Shown one piece after another: positions 10,366 to 20,163 of a stretch of 64,000 nucleotides of DNA. Location of the stretch: positions 1-64,000 of IMG/VR virus record IMGVR_UViG_3300031994_000065. One strand, given 5' to 3'. How positions within the stretch are numbered: the first letter of the stretch is position 1; every line of letters begins with the position of its first letter. A program made the translations under genes and the position numbers. This DNA is from a virus. Lineage: Duplodnaviria; Caudoviricetes. The notes beneath the pieces are model-generated. The model was not told the origin of the DNA, did not search any database, and worked only from the letters and a program-made list of their open reading frames with translations.

Positions 10366-12600
10366 TTATATAAATGATGAAGCTACAGCCAATCCTGTCT
10401 GTAACAAGTTAGTTTTCCCTAATGATGAGAATATACCGCCCATATCATTCTCGGGAGGTTTACGAAATCTAAGCTTATATGTAGCTGCTCCATCTTGTCC
10501 GGTATAATACTCGATAAATGGAGGACCTACCATAGTTCCGTAAGGACCTTCTGCTCCCTTAAGATGAATCGGTATATAAGAGAAATCTCTTCCCGCTTGA
10601 GAGTTTCGATTGAATTCTGCCAATATAAGCGGATCCATATCTCGTTTAAATGAGTAAGCATATTGAATTGAAATATCCGGAGTTTTTACCATATCTGAAT
10701 CTTTGAGACTAAATGAGCTTGAAGGATAATTGGTAGGGAAAACTCCCCAATATTTCGACCAGAAGATTATGTCTTCACCAGTCATATCGGTGAGAATGTA
10801 GTAGCATGAAGCTGCATAATCTAATACTCCGTCTTTGATACATTGATCTACAGGTCCATACTCTCCACGTGACACGCCATTCATGTAGTATAACCAAATC
10901 AAGTGAAGAAAAGAAATTGACAGATGATTGTCATCTACATAACTGATACTGAAATTTCCTGACGTGAGAGATTTGATTGCATCTTTAGCATACATTATCT
11001 TCCACTTTGTAAATGTTTCACCATGTTCCTTCGTGTCAATACTGGTGTCTTGTATATCGATTGACCTAGCCGTATTGTGTATAATCGGAATGAAATCATG
11101 ATTGCCTGATAAAGCTGGAGTGAGAGATTTAGCTATTGTGCTGTGACGCTTAATAGCTTCTGCAAAGAAAGCAGCATCACTACTTGAAGCAATACCTTTA
11201 CTAACTTCACTGGTAGAATTTCCCTCGAACAAGTTTAAAGCAGGTCGTGTCATAAAGACATGACCTTGTGAACCCACGAGATGATAATCCGGATGAGTCT
11301 TTCTATAACGGTTGAAATTGATAAACCAGTCTATTCTCTCAATATTGAGGTCGAGATTCGTTTTGACTTTATTGATAGATTCTTTGAAGTCATCGTAGAT
11401 ATTTTCATACAAATCCGTGTTGAATTTGACCTCTTCCGGAATTTGATGCGAATTCAATACTGGTGTACGATAATCTATGTTTTCTCTTTCTTCGTTGGTT
11501 AATAGCGGAGTGCTGTAATCGAGGTCTTCTCGATTATCATTCTTTAGTAATGGAGTAGAAAAATCGAGATTTTGAGCATCGGTATAGTAATAAGCCCCAG
11601 CTTGCTCTCTGAATGAATCGTATGAAAACGACCGCATTTTGATGGTTCTACCAAATACATCTTTGTCTTCAAACATTGCTCTACCTACAGCGTTGTTTTT
11701 AACAACTTCACCATTAGCACAACCGAGATAGTTGAAATAATTCACTGAAGCGATGTACGAAGATCTGAAACTTCCGGTCCAAAAAAAGCTATTTGAATTA
11801 TTGGTATTCCAGACACTTCCGGTCAAAAAATTGCTATTTGAATTATTGGTATTCCAGGTACTTCCAATCCAAGTCAATGGGTTTACTAATTCACCAAAGA
11901 AAGTACCGGTCCATATTCCAGCCAATCCATATTTTTCAATAGCTGCAAGAACGTCTTCAAATGAACCCATATCCCATGCGCCATAAAGTTGTCCGAGAAG
12001 TGCTTCAATATCAAATCCGACGACGAACTTCAGTCTACTGAAAAATGAACCGAATAACGCATCTATTGCATTATCAAGAAGATTTTCGAGTATAGAACCA
12101 TCAAATAGAGAATCTATTGTGCTATCGTTAAGTGTTTTACCGAGAACTCCACCACCCACATCGATTCCGAAACTGGAAGCAATGCTACCGATTTTAGTTT
12201 CTCCAGTAATACCACCAATACTTCCGAGGCCACCGACTGAACCCGGCTGACCAAAACATCCACCACCGGTTGTTAGCGCGATACCTGCAACTTGACCAAT
12301 ACTCAAACTATTATCGGTTATAGATGTCAATCCTCCAAGACCACCGCTGGCGAATTGTTTCAAATCCAGCAACTTCATTTTCTTAGCTTTTACCAAGAAC
12401 TCTATATCTCGGTCGATTTCAAAATCTCTGGCTTTTAACCAACCGCTTGAACCCACGTAATACCAAGTTCCTTCAGGTCTTCTTTCGACTCCATTAATGC
12501 GGATTTTATCTCCTGCGTGAAGTTTGTCGATTGGTGCACCCAAAGAACTGGGAAGATTTCTTGTAACACAGTCTCGTACGATTGTGCCTTCTATTAACAT
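10366..12600 (-). CDS. Tail-tube initiator/baseplate protein with N-terminal SH3-like domain
   Basis: Likely start MLIEG at 12600 after GGAGGTG. C-terminal HVFMTRPALNL...FSISYVDD...HLIWLYY...LDYAASCYY...GVFPTNYP is tube-fold-like. Confidence 0.6.
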   Translation of the reverse strand: MLIEGTIVRDCVTRNLPSSLGAPIDKLHAGDKIRINGVERRPEGTWYYVGSSGWLKARDFEIDRDIEFLVKAKKMKLLDLKQFASGGLGGLTSITDNSLSIGQVAGIALTTGGGCFGQPGSVGGLGSIGGITGETKIGSIASSFGIDVGGGVLGKTLNDSTIDSLFDGSILENLLDNAIDALFGSFFSRLKFVVGFDIEALLGQLYGAWDMGSFEDVLAAIEKYGLAGIWTGTFFGELVNPLTWIGSTWNTNNSNSNFLTGSVWNTNNSNSFFWTGSFRSSYIASVNYFNYLGCANGEVVKNNAVGRAMFEDKDVFGRTIKMRSFSYDSFREQAGAYYYTDAQNLDFSTPLLKNDNREDLDYSTPLLTNEERENIDYRTPVLNSHQIPEEVKFNTDLYENIYDDFKESINKVKTNLDLNIERIDWFINFNRYRKTHPDYHLVGSQGHVFMTRPALNLFEGNSTSEVSKGIASSSDAAFFAEAIKRHSTIAKSLTPALSGNHDFIPIIHNTARSIDIQDTSIDTKEHGETFTKWKIMYAKDAIKSLTSGNFSISYVDDNHLSISFLHLIWLYYMNGVSRGEYGPVDQCIKDGVLDYAASCYYILTDMTGEDIIFWSKYWGVFPTNYPSSSFSLKDSDMVKTPDISIQYAYSFKRDMDPLILAEFNRNSQAGRDFSYIPIHLKGAEGPYGTMVGPPFIEYYTGQDGAATYKLRFRKPPENDMGGIFSSLGKTNLLQTGLAVASSFI

Positions 12601-12632
12601 TGATTTCACCTCCATTGTTACTGGCGTTTGAT

Positions 12633-12644
12633 TATAGTTTTGTC
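12633..12644 (-). promoter_or_regulatory. Late promoter RACA-N6-TA
   Basis: Minus strand GACA-aaacta-TA. Confidence 0.7.
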
Positions 12645-12673
12645 TTTCGGGCATATCTGTATGGGTTTTTGGA

Positions 12674-12683
12674 TATATATTAT
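12674..12683 (+). promoter_or_regulatory. Early promoter motif TATATATTAT
   Basis: Exact motif upstream of the 12759 gene. Confidence 0.65.
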
Positions 12684-12758
12684 TCACTCGAATCTGAATC
12701 AAGAATATGAGCGATACTCTAACAAAATAGCTTTTATATGATGAGAGGAGTCGTTTAT

Positions 12759-12995
12759 ATGATTGAGAAGGTATTCGATTTAGCGTTACTCATTGGTCAT
12801 TACTATTTGACGAAAGAGGAGCGCGAAGAACGTCGCAAACAGAAGGAGAGAGAAGAGCGTCGCTTGGCAGAGCGCGAATATGAACAATCTCCACAAAAAG
12901 GCAACGAATTCTCTTATTCTGTCAAGATGGAAAACTGTGAAAATTGTAGTATTACGATTAGTAACTCTGTAGAGTATCACTATTATCACGAATAA
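12759..12995 (+). CDS. Small hypothetical early protein
   Basis: RBS gagaggag, ATG at 12759, own early promoter and own terminator. Confidence 0.65.
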   Translation: MIEKVFDLALLIGHYYLTKEEREERRKQKEREERRLAEREYEQSPQKGNEFSYSVKMENCENCSITISNSVEYHYYHE

Positions 12996-13004
12996 ACTAA
13001 ACTG

Positions 13005-13042
13005 AGAAATCGGCTTTCCTGTGCCAGCCGGTTTCTTTTTTG
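13005..13042 (+). terminator. Rho-independent terminator
   Basis: agaaatcggct / agccggtttct stem followed by a T-run. Confidence 0.75.
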
Positions 13043-13058
13043 GCGTTTTATTGCTAAA

Positions 13059-13070
13059 AACAAACAAGTA
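13059..13070 (+). promoter_or_regulatory. Late promoter RACA-N6-TA
   Basis: AACA-aacaag-TA before the RBS of the 13101 gene. Confidence 0.7.
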
Positions 13071-13100
13071 ATACTCTAACGAATAAGGAGGTGTGATGGG

Positions 13101-14702
13101 ATGGGTATTGCACGAGATATTTTCGAAATCTGTGACCAAGGACTTATGGATTTGGAAGACACTTTTCTGAAAAGATTTGATGACGCTGATAAAAATGCGG
13201 GGTCTTTATCTCGTAAAGCAGCAGACGGAACGTTACAGTTTCCTCTCTTGGTTTCTAGAGCAATCAGCTTCGAAACTGCACAGAAGATAGCGAAAGCTAC
13301 CGAAACTAATGCAGCTTCGTTTGCTCAGATAGTTCTTACTATGAATCCAGAAATGGACACTGCTAACGATAAAGGTGCTGCTGAATATATCAGACGTTTT
13401 CACACTAATGCTGATACTAAAGACGATGTGTTTGGTCAAGCAGTTCATTTTGTCAATTCTCGTGACGCAGCTAATGAATCTTGTATACTTACGCAAGTAT
13501 ACGTGACCTCAGATGCCGGGTTACAGATTGTCAAAGAAGAGCTTACTGAATATGGTATAGATTGGCGTTCTGGAAGTTTGAATTCTGTAGTTGCTGCAAA
13601 GTATGTCAAGGACAATCAATTTCATAAGGAATATACACCTTCTGAAATTCATCAGATTGTTCAAGAAAAACTTGACGCGATTACTGAAGCTAAACAAAGA
13701 CGATCAACTAAAACATGGTACGATAGCGCCAGTAAGCAAAAGGTTGAATCCGAATGGGGAAAACGACCAGAAGGTGATAATTGGGCACCTTTTGATAAAG
13801 ATACAGATTTAACTGGGTATACCGACGCTGATGCCAGCAAAATCAAATTTATCAAATATACCAGACCTTCTGATAACTCGAACTCTACTGAACATACTAA
13901 TTCTAAAAAAGGCAAGAAAAAGGAATTTCAGCAAAAATCCCAACACGAATTCAAGAATAATATCGTTGTGACCCAACGTGTAGAACGCGACAAGAATGAG
14001 ATTGCAGCCGGAAGACAGGTTGTCATGAGAGATTTGCTTATGAATAATGAAGTGAAGAAAGCGAACGAGCTTGCTCCGACACTTCTTCACATTCGAGTAA
14101 TTGCTCGTGACAAAAGCAAAAAGTCAGATGGTGGAGCTTATTACGTTGATTTTGTTGTTGGTGTTAAAGCCACGATGCATCCGATAAATTCGGAAGAGAT
14201 GGTGAATGAAGTAACTAATGCCTGTCGTTATCACGATGAACTTTTTAGATTCATCAGATGGACTACTGGCGAAATCAATTTCTTCTCCGATTTTCTTCTG
14301 AATCTTAAGGATAGTAAAGAAGCTGTAAGCCAAGAACAGGGTGGTGGTTCACCTTGGTGGAACCGTCTTCAACGTATGCGCGTTATCGCTAACTTCAAAG
14401 CACGTGTCTTTATGAAAAATCGAATTCTGCCAAATGCTTCTATTGCAATAACGCAACAGGAAGTTGATTATATCAAGAATACCTTTGGGTTCAATCTTAT
14501 GGAACCGAGATTCGCTGAAGACGTTATGAATCGTTACTATTTGCTGTGCTTTATCGTTGTTGATGAATCTACAGAGATAGTGCATTTCAAATATGACGGT
14601 CAGAAATCTTTCGACACTCTTTCGTTCAGTGGATTGCAGAAAGAGAATTCGGATGCCGCAAGGAATTTCCGTGATATTCTCAAAGCAGTTCAGCGTGTCT
14701 AG
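13101..14702 (+). CDS. Putative virion (head) structural protein
   Basis: 533 aa, RBS aaggaggtg, late promoter, first gene of a structural operon. Confidence 0.55.
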   Translation: MGIARDIFEICDQGLMDLEDTFLKRFDDADKNAGSLSRKAADGTLQFPLLVSRAISFETAQKIAKATETNAASFAQIVLTMNPEMDTANDKGAAEYIRRFHTNADTKDDVFGQAVHFVNSRDAANESCILTQVYVTSDAGLQIVKEELTEYGIDWRSGSLNSVVAAKYVKDNQFHKEYTPSEIHQIVQEKLDAITEAKQRRSTKTWYDSASKQKVESEWGKRPEGDNWAPFDKDTDLTGYTDADASKIKFIKYTRPSDNSNSTEHTNSKKGKKKEFQQKSQHEFKNNIVVTQRVERDKNEIAAGRQVVMRDLLMNNEVKKANELAPTLLHIRVIARDKSKKSDGGAYYVDFVVGVKATMHPINSEEMVNEVTNACRYHDELFRFIRWTTGEINFFSDFLLNLKDSKEAVSQEQGGGSPWWNRLQRMRVIANFKARVFMKNRILPNASIAITQQEVDYIKNTFGFNLMEPRFAEDVMNRYYLLCFIVVDESTEIVHFKYDGQKSFDTLSFSGLQKENSDAARNFRDILKAVQRV

Positions 14703-14715
14703 GAGGTGACAAGAG

Positions 14716-15699
14716 ATGTATGACGAACCGTTAGAAGCTGTTAATATTCTTAGAGCGAATACTCCGATAGAGGAGCAATATGACCTTACGATGTTATTGG
14801 AAGCGGCAAAGCCTCAAGTACACAGTTCGTTACTGGGGACTTTGTATAAACAGATTAACGAATTTCGTAAGGTTAACTATGAAATCATTGATGCTTCTCG
14901 TGGAGATTTCAAAAACTTGAGCTTTTATGATGAACTCGAAAAGACTCACACATTTTTGAAGGATGAAATCAAAGTTGGAGAAGAATTGGACATCATTGAC
15001 ACAGCTAAACATAACGTTATCAAAATGAAGAAATCTTTTGAAGAAGGTTACAAGTTGGAGTCGGATGTAGTAATTCTTCTATATGAAACAACTGTACATG
15101 CCATTGTCGATGCGACTTCTGTGCTGATTACTGTAACAGCAACTTCGGTCGTTAGGACTAAGGAGGCATGTTCGAGACATTCGTTGAATATGCTTAAACG
15201 ATTTAACAAAGCGGTTGAAAAGGGAAGTTTGCAAAAAGCTTTACATGCCGCTAATGAACAAGCATTTTTCGACAGTGGAGCGATGACCATTGCTAAAGAA
15301 GAAGTTTTAGCTACGGCATTATCCGCTTTGGTTGGAGCCGGTTTGATTCTGGCTTTTATACCGATTATTAGGGAACTGGTTTTTTACTTCTATTATACAC
15401 GAATGAAGATCTCTGACTACCTCGACCAGCTCTCAATGTATATTAAGATCAACGAGGTAGAAGTTCGGAACAATCCGAAATTTGACGAAGCCAAGAAGAA
15501 AGACATTATCGAGAAGCAAAATAAATGGATTGAGCGTTTGGATTCTCTTTCTGACAAGATTCGGGTAAACCAATCTCGCGGAGAAAAAGAAGCCAAGGAA
15601 CAGATCAAGGAAGAAAATGCGAAGATAACTGTTCGCAAGGTGAAAGATGACGTGGCGTCTACTGAACCCACGCAAGCACCTCAAGGCTTCGATTTCTAA
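14716..15699 (+). CDS. Putative virion structural protein
   Basis: 327 aa, RBS aggaggtg; one hydrophobic segment and a C-terminal coiled coil. Confidence 0.55.
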   Translation: MYDEPLEAVNILRANTPIEEQYDLTMLLEAAKPQVHSSLLGTLYKQINEFRKVNYEIIDASRGDFKNLSFYDELEKTHTFLKDEIKVGEELDIIDTAKHNVIKMKKSFEEGYKLESDVVILLYETTVHAIVDATSVLITVTATSVVRTKEACSRHSLNMLKRFNKAVEKGSLQKALHAANEQAFFDSGAMTIAKEEVLATALSALVGAGLILAFIPIIRELVFYFYYTRMKISDYLDQLSMYIKINEVEVRNNPKFDEAKKKDIIEKQNKWIERLDSLSDKIRVNQSRGEKEAKEQIKEENAKITVRKVKDDVASTEPTQAPQGFDF

Positions 15700-15731
15700 T
15701 TACAACCTCTCAGATAAGGGGGGGTATTCTA

Positions 15732-16172
15732 ATGATGTTTGTAAACGGAAGTTTCAAAAATTTTGAAAATGTTATGGAACGATTTGGTGACTCTTCTAAT
15801 GCAATAACCGATATCGACCAACTGATTAACATCGGTCACGAATTGAAAGCTCATTCTAATAAGAAAGTTTCTAATATCGGGCATTCCATCGTAGATACTT
15901 TCTCTATGGACAGCTCTTCAAAATCTTACGGTGTCGCGTTATTAGACTTGCTCGGAAAGATACTTGGTTTCTTACCGTCAGTAATTGGGGGCGGAATTAT
16001 TGCCGCAGGTGTATCTGTTGGTGTCATAATGATTCTTCTCTCAGTGGCGGCAGGGGTAGTGCTTATTCTTATTGGTGCTGGAATAACTGTTACTATAAGT
16101 CCCACGGAACGAGCTAAGTTTGCCAAGAGTATCAAACGTTCTGTGAACAAACAAAAAAATCTTTCCTCATAG
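15732..16172 (+). CDS. Membrane protein
   Basis: 146 aa with a ~45-residue hydrophobic hairpin (ILGFLPSVIGGGIIAAGVSVGVIMILLSVAAGVVLILIGAGITV) and a basic C-terminus. Confidence 0.55.
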   Translation: MMFVNGSFKNFENVMERFGDSSNAITDIDQLINIGHELKAHSNKKVSNIGHSIVDTFSMDSSSKSYGVALLDLLGKILGFLPSVIGGGIIAAGVSVGVIMILLSVAAGVVLILIGAGITVTISPTERAKFAKSIKRSVNKQKNLSS

Positions 16173-16192
16173 GAATATGGGGGTGGTAAATA

Positions 16193-17545
16193 ATGTTTGG
16201 ATTTATGAGGACATCTCCTACTGGAGATAACATCAACTACAATGACTACACGTTCGAAGGCGATGGTCATCTGTACGCATTCCAAGAAGCATTCCATGAT
16301 TTAATACAAATAGACGGAATGCTTGCTGTTATGAATACTCACGGTGTAAATGTTTTCTCAGAGGCGTATCGTAAGGGTGGAATGGCTGCAACTCAAGAAG
16401 CTATTGAAAACCTTAGAAATTCTGTTGTATTAGAAGGATTTTTCGGTAATATGAAAGCGCGCTTGGTTAGTCTTCTGAAAAAGCTCAAAGAAAAGATCAA
16501 AGCCTTCTTCCATTCCGCGATACAATATTTCGATGCGTTTTTTAAAAGCGACAAAGCATTTGCTGAGAAATACGAAGATGAGCTGAGAAAGAAAGATTCG
16601 GAAGGGAAACTTCAAGGTTTTAAGTACGAAATGTATACTTATAAGAAACTTGATGGTGGAATTTCGAATATTAATGGATTTTGGGAACGTATGAAATCTA
16701 TAGCTATTAAAAAGGCGCGACATGAACATGTCGATCTTGCTATTAAAGAATCTTACGGGATGAATTGTAATGTAAGTTGGATAGACGCACTACTCGTTCT
16801 GACAGAATCATCTAAGAATAAAAAGAAAAATGATGACCAAGATGTAAAAAGTTCTAGCGAGGAAAAACCTGGGGGAAGCCCTGGTGCAAAACGTGATCAA
16901 TACTATAATCCTGATCAATCCCGTGCTGATCAAAGTAATCTTCATTATTATGACGATGATGATGAGAGAACCGCTTATTCTCACAATGATGACGATGATG
17001 ATGACGATGATGATCTTCCTGATGAATACTGGGTGGTTAATAAAGATAAAGAGTCTGATGATAAAGAGTCTGATGATGATTTACCTCCGGAACAATTGGA
17101 GGCTAAGCGAATTACGAAAGCTCAACGTAGGGCAATCAGGCAATTTTGCATATGGGAAATTGGAAGATTTAGCGATACTGGAGAAGGTGCTTTTGATACA
17201 CAAGTCAAGAAATCATTGCGCGATGGGAAGACTTCCCCAAAGGATATTGAGCCTAATATTGGTGACATGATAGATACGCTTAAGAACTCAAACAAACAAC
17301 TTGGTGATATTAAAGACATTATGAACACATTCCAAAACGATTTTGATGAAGAAATCGACATTGTAAATGGAATGGACAAATCAGATAACAATAATGCTAT
17401 TCGTATTCGTAACCACGTTGAAGTATTTACTATCGCAAAAAATGTATTCATGGAATATTTCAATTTAGTAAAGGACGTAATGATCGAGCGAAACAACACA
17501 TATAAACGGTGTTTGAGCGCTGCGCTCCATTATAATGCTAAATGA
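16193..17545 (+). CDS. Internal head protein, paralog family member 1
   Basis: VLEGFFGNMKARLVSLLKKLKEKIKAFF motif is shared with the next three genes; acidic central insert. Confidence 0.6.
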   Translation: MFGFMRTSPTGDNINYNDYTFEGDGHLYAFQEAFHDLIQIDGMLAVMNTHGVNVFSEAYRKGGMAATQEAIENLRNSVVLEGFFGNMKARLVSLLKKLKEKIKAFFHSAIQYFDAFFKSDKAFAEKYEDELRKKDSEGKLQGFKYEMYTYKKLDGGISNINGFWERMKSIAIKKARHEHVDLAIKESYGMNCNVSWIDALLVLTESSKNKKKNDDQDVKSSSEEKPGGSPGAKRDQYYNPDQSRADQSNLHYYDDDDERTAYSHNDDDDDDDDDLPDEYWVVNKDKESDDKESDDDLPPEQLEAKRITKAQRRAIRQFCIWEIGRFSDTGEGAFDTQVKKSLRDGKTSPKDIEPNIGDMIDTLKNSNKQLGDIKDIMNTFQNDFDEEIDIVNGMDKSDNNNAIRIRNHVEVFTIAKNVFMEYFNLVKDVMIERNNTYKRCLSAALHYNAK

Positions 17546-17574
17546 ATTAGTAGAATGCACAATTGAATACTTTC

Positions 17575-17586
17575 AACAACAAGATA
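17575..17586 (+). promoter_or_regulatory. Late promoter RACA-N6-TA
   Basis: AACA-acaaga-TA. Confidence 0.7.
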
Positions 17587-17610
17587 AAATTGATAAGGAG
17601 TTGAAATCCC

Positions 17611-18870
17611 ATGATGATGTGGAACAAAGGGAAACCTGTTGGTCATGGTTATGGTTTTAACCCTTCTGATTATACGGTTGAAAATGATGGGCTCCTTGCA
17701 GCTTTTGAAGAAGCGTATCATGACATTGCCGTTATTGAGGGGATTGAAGCCAGAGCTAATTCAAGACTCGTTAATATGTATTCCAGAGCATATCATGAAA
17801 ACGGCGGACCGGAGATTGCTCAAGAGTCGGTTTCCAAATTCATGAAAACGCCTGTTATGGAAGGTTTTTTGGGAGATATAAAGAAGAAATTGATTAGTCT
17901 TCTGGAAAAGCTCAAAGAAAAGATCAAAGCCTTCTTCCATTCCGCGATGCAATATTTCGATGCGTTTTTTAAAAGCGAAGCGAAATTTGTCGAAAAGTAC
18001 AAGGAGGAGGTTACTGGTAAAACTCTCACAAACTTCAAATACGATCTCTATGACTGGAATATTGATGTCGATTTTGGAAAAACATGGAAAGATATCATGA
18101 ATAAAGCTATAGATTTAGCTGAAAAAGGTGGAGTGGCTATTGCTTACGAAGCGCTCAGATTTTTTAGCAACGATTGGGTTGCGGCGCTAGAAGCAAAAAC
18201 AACCCGACGAAACCGCAACTCTAATCCGACCCCTCCTCCCGACCCTCCTCCTCAAGGCGGTGGTGACAGCGGTGACGGCGGCGGTGGTGACAGCGGTGAC
18301 GGCGGCGGTGGTGACAGCGGTGACGGCGGCGGTGGTGACAGCGGTGACGGCGGCGGTGGTGACAGCGGTGACGGCGGCGGTGGTGACAGCGGCTCTACTA
18401 ATGCACGTCCCAAAGCTGAGAGCATCACGTCTACACAGAAGAAAAATATTATGCTCGAAATTTACGCGTTCCTTGTAGGTAATTCAAACTCGAAAAGCAC
18501 GGAGTCTTTCAGGAAGGCCTTGAGAAAAAAATTACAGGGTAATCGTGAAGAGCCGAAAGAAACCAAGTCCCCTGACATGTCTAAAATAATCAAAGCTCTT
18601 GAAGATTATAAAGAGACGCTTGACAACATTGAAGAAGCCAAAGACACTTTATTGTCTGAATTTGACGATGAAATCGATTTGATCAAGTCTAAAGATATTG
18701 AAGACGAGAATAACAAGACAGGTGCGTCTAATAGAATCAAAGTGTTTACAATCGCTAAAGATGCTTACATGACGTATTTTGACGTATACAAGGATTGTAT
18801 TAAAGCCCGTGCCTCTCAGTATAAATCATGTTTCTCAGCTGCACTGCACTATACTGAACCTGAAGACTAA
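17611..18870 (+). CDS. Internal head protein, paralog family member 2
   Basis: VMEGFLGDIKKKLISLLEKLKEKIKAFF; Pro/GGDSGD insert. Confidence 0.6.
   Translation: MMMWNKGKPVGHGYGFNPSDYTVENDGLLAAFEEAYHDIAVIEGIEARANSRLVNMYSRAYHENGGPEIAQESVSKFMKTPVMEGFLGDIKKKLISLLEKLKEKIKAFFHSAMQYFDAFFKSEAKFVEKYKEEVTGKTLTNFKYDLYDWNIDVDFGKTWKDIMNKAIDLAEKGGVAIAYEALRFFSNDWVAALEAKTTRRNRNSNPTPPPDPPPQGGGDSGDGGGGDSGDGGGGDSGDGGGGDSGDGGGGDSGDGGGGDSGSTNARPKAESITSTQKKNIMLEIYAFLVGNSNSKSTESFRKALRKKLQGNREEPKETKSPDMSKIIKALEDYKETLDNIEEAKDTLLSEFDDEIDLIKSKDIEDENNKTGASNRIKVFTIAKDAYMTYFDVYKDCIKARASQYKSCFSAALHYTEPED
18256..18393 (+). repeat. Coding tandem repeat, 24 bp x ~5.7 (GGGDSGDG)
   Basis: ggcggtggtgacagcggtgacggc repeated in frame with no spacers. 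Confidence 0.95.
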
Positions 18871-18888
18871 ATGAAAGGAGGAATTGTA

Positions 18889-20079
18889 ATGAGATTTTTT
18901 GGAAACGCTAGACCTATTGGTTCTGGTAATACATTTGATGTTCCGCATGACGGTCTCGCTTTCGCAATGCACGAATCTTTCTGTGATCTGGAAATTTATT
19001 TTGGTGATTCCGAAGTTATGATGGCAAATATGTACGAAAACTGGATTATGGACACTAAACACAGTGCAACTCAGAAAGTTGTTATGTACGAAGGCGTCAT
19101 TGCTAGTGCTTGGAAGAAAATCAAAGATTTTTTTATCTCCATCGGAAAAAAGATAAAATCGTGGTTTAATTCCGTTGTCAAGTTTTTCCGTGCTATGTTC
19201 TCTAGCAATGCGAGTTTCATCAAGAAATATAAAGAATACATTAAAGGCAAAGAAGACAAAGATTTTGAGTTTGAAGCTCATGCTTGGAATCTCCACCCTA
19301 TGAAGCAAGTTAGAGACGACAGTAACACTTTTAGTGATTCGATCGATTTCGATAAACTTGTGGAAAAAATTGCTAAAAAGGCAGGTGGAAACGCTGCTAC
19401 AGGTGGAAACGCTGCTACAGGTGGAAACGCTGCTACAGGTGGAAACGCTGCTACACAAGCAGAGGAAAGTTGGCGCATCGTTCGAGAATCTGGAGACAGC
19501 GACGACGCCGCTTGGGGTGGTACCGACGATGAAGTCAAAAAACTGAAAAAATCTATCGACGCACGAATGTTTAAAAGTTTGAAAGGCGAAAGTGCCACTG
19601 GGACAACAACGATCTCTAAATTCAAAACAGCACTTAAGAAAGCTATCACAAATGGTGAAAAGAAATCTTGTAAAGGTTTTGGTTCAAAAAACACTTTTTC
19701 CCGTGATGAAATGATTCGATGGGTTGAAGATGAAAAGACCATTATTAGTGAAATAGAAGAAAATGCGAATGCTATTTCCGAAGACGCAGATTCGTATGCT
19801 GAAAAAGTATCGAACTTGATCGATAACGTTAATAAAGAACAGTATGATGTTGATGCATATAGAAGAGGTGTAAACGGAGCCGCGTCTGTCGCCAAATACG
19901 CTTTGTCATATCAAACGGCGGCTGCCTCAATAACGAAAGAGATGTATCAAGAAATCGTGGATGAATGCCGTAGCATTTTGGGGCAGTTCGTGCGTTATAG
20001 TGTAAAAGAATCTGGAAGCGGTTATCGTCATACCAAAAATAATGTTTCATTGATGGAAACATGGGTCAGAGGATGGTAA
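18889..20079 (+). CDS. Internal head protein, paralog family member 3
   Basis: MYEGVIASAWKKIKDFFISIGKKIKSWF; RBS aaggagga precedes ATG at 18889. Confidence 0.6.
   Translation: MRFFGNARPIGSGNTFDVPHDGLAFAMHESFCDLEIYFGDSEVMMANMYENWIMDTKHSATQKVVMYEGVIASAWKKIKDFFISIGKKIKSWFNSVVKFFRAMFSSNASFIKKYKEYIKGKEDKDFEFEAHAWNLHPMKQVRDDSNTFSDSIDFDKLVEKIAKKAGGNAATGGNAATGGNAATGGNAATQAEESWRIVRESGDSDDAAWGGTDDEVKKLKKSIDARMFKSLKGESATGTTTISKFKTALKKAITNGEKKSCKGFGSKNTFSRDEMIRWVEDEKTIISEIEENANAISEDADSYAEKVSNLIDNVNKEQYDVDAYRRGVNGAASVAKYALSYQTAAASITKEMYQEIVDECRSILGQFVRYSVKESGSGYRHTKNNVSLMETWVRGW
19384..19455 (+). repeat. Coding tandem repeat, 18 bp x 4 (GGNAAT)
   Basis: ggtggaaacgctgctaca repeated four times in frame. 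Confidence 0.95.
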
Positions 20080-20105
20080 ACCACTTAACGACGCAGTGAA
20101 TAAAA

Positions 20106-20137
20106 GGACACACAGATAATGTACTGTGTGTCCTTTG
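20106..20137 (+). terminator. Terminator-like hairpin containing a late promoter (GACA-cacaga-TA, 20107-20118)
   Basis: ggacacacag / ctgtgtgtcc 10-bp stem followed by ttt. Confidence 0.6.
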
Positions 20138-20163
20138 TGACGTTAAAGAAAGGAGGAATAGGA

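Noticed and set aside
16467-17978. 85-bp repeat pair as a DGR template/variable repeat
   Set aside because: Both mismatches are at A in one copy, but there are only two, both A/G transitions, they are mid-gene in paralogs, and no reverse transcriptase is in the window. Gene conversion is simpler.
18256-19455. 24-bp and 18-bp tandem repeats as CRISPR arrays
   Set aside because: No spacers; in-frame coding repeats for Gly-rich linkers.
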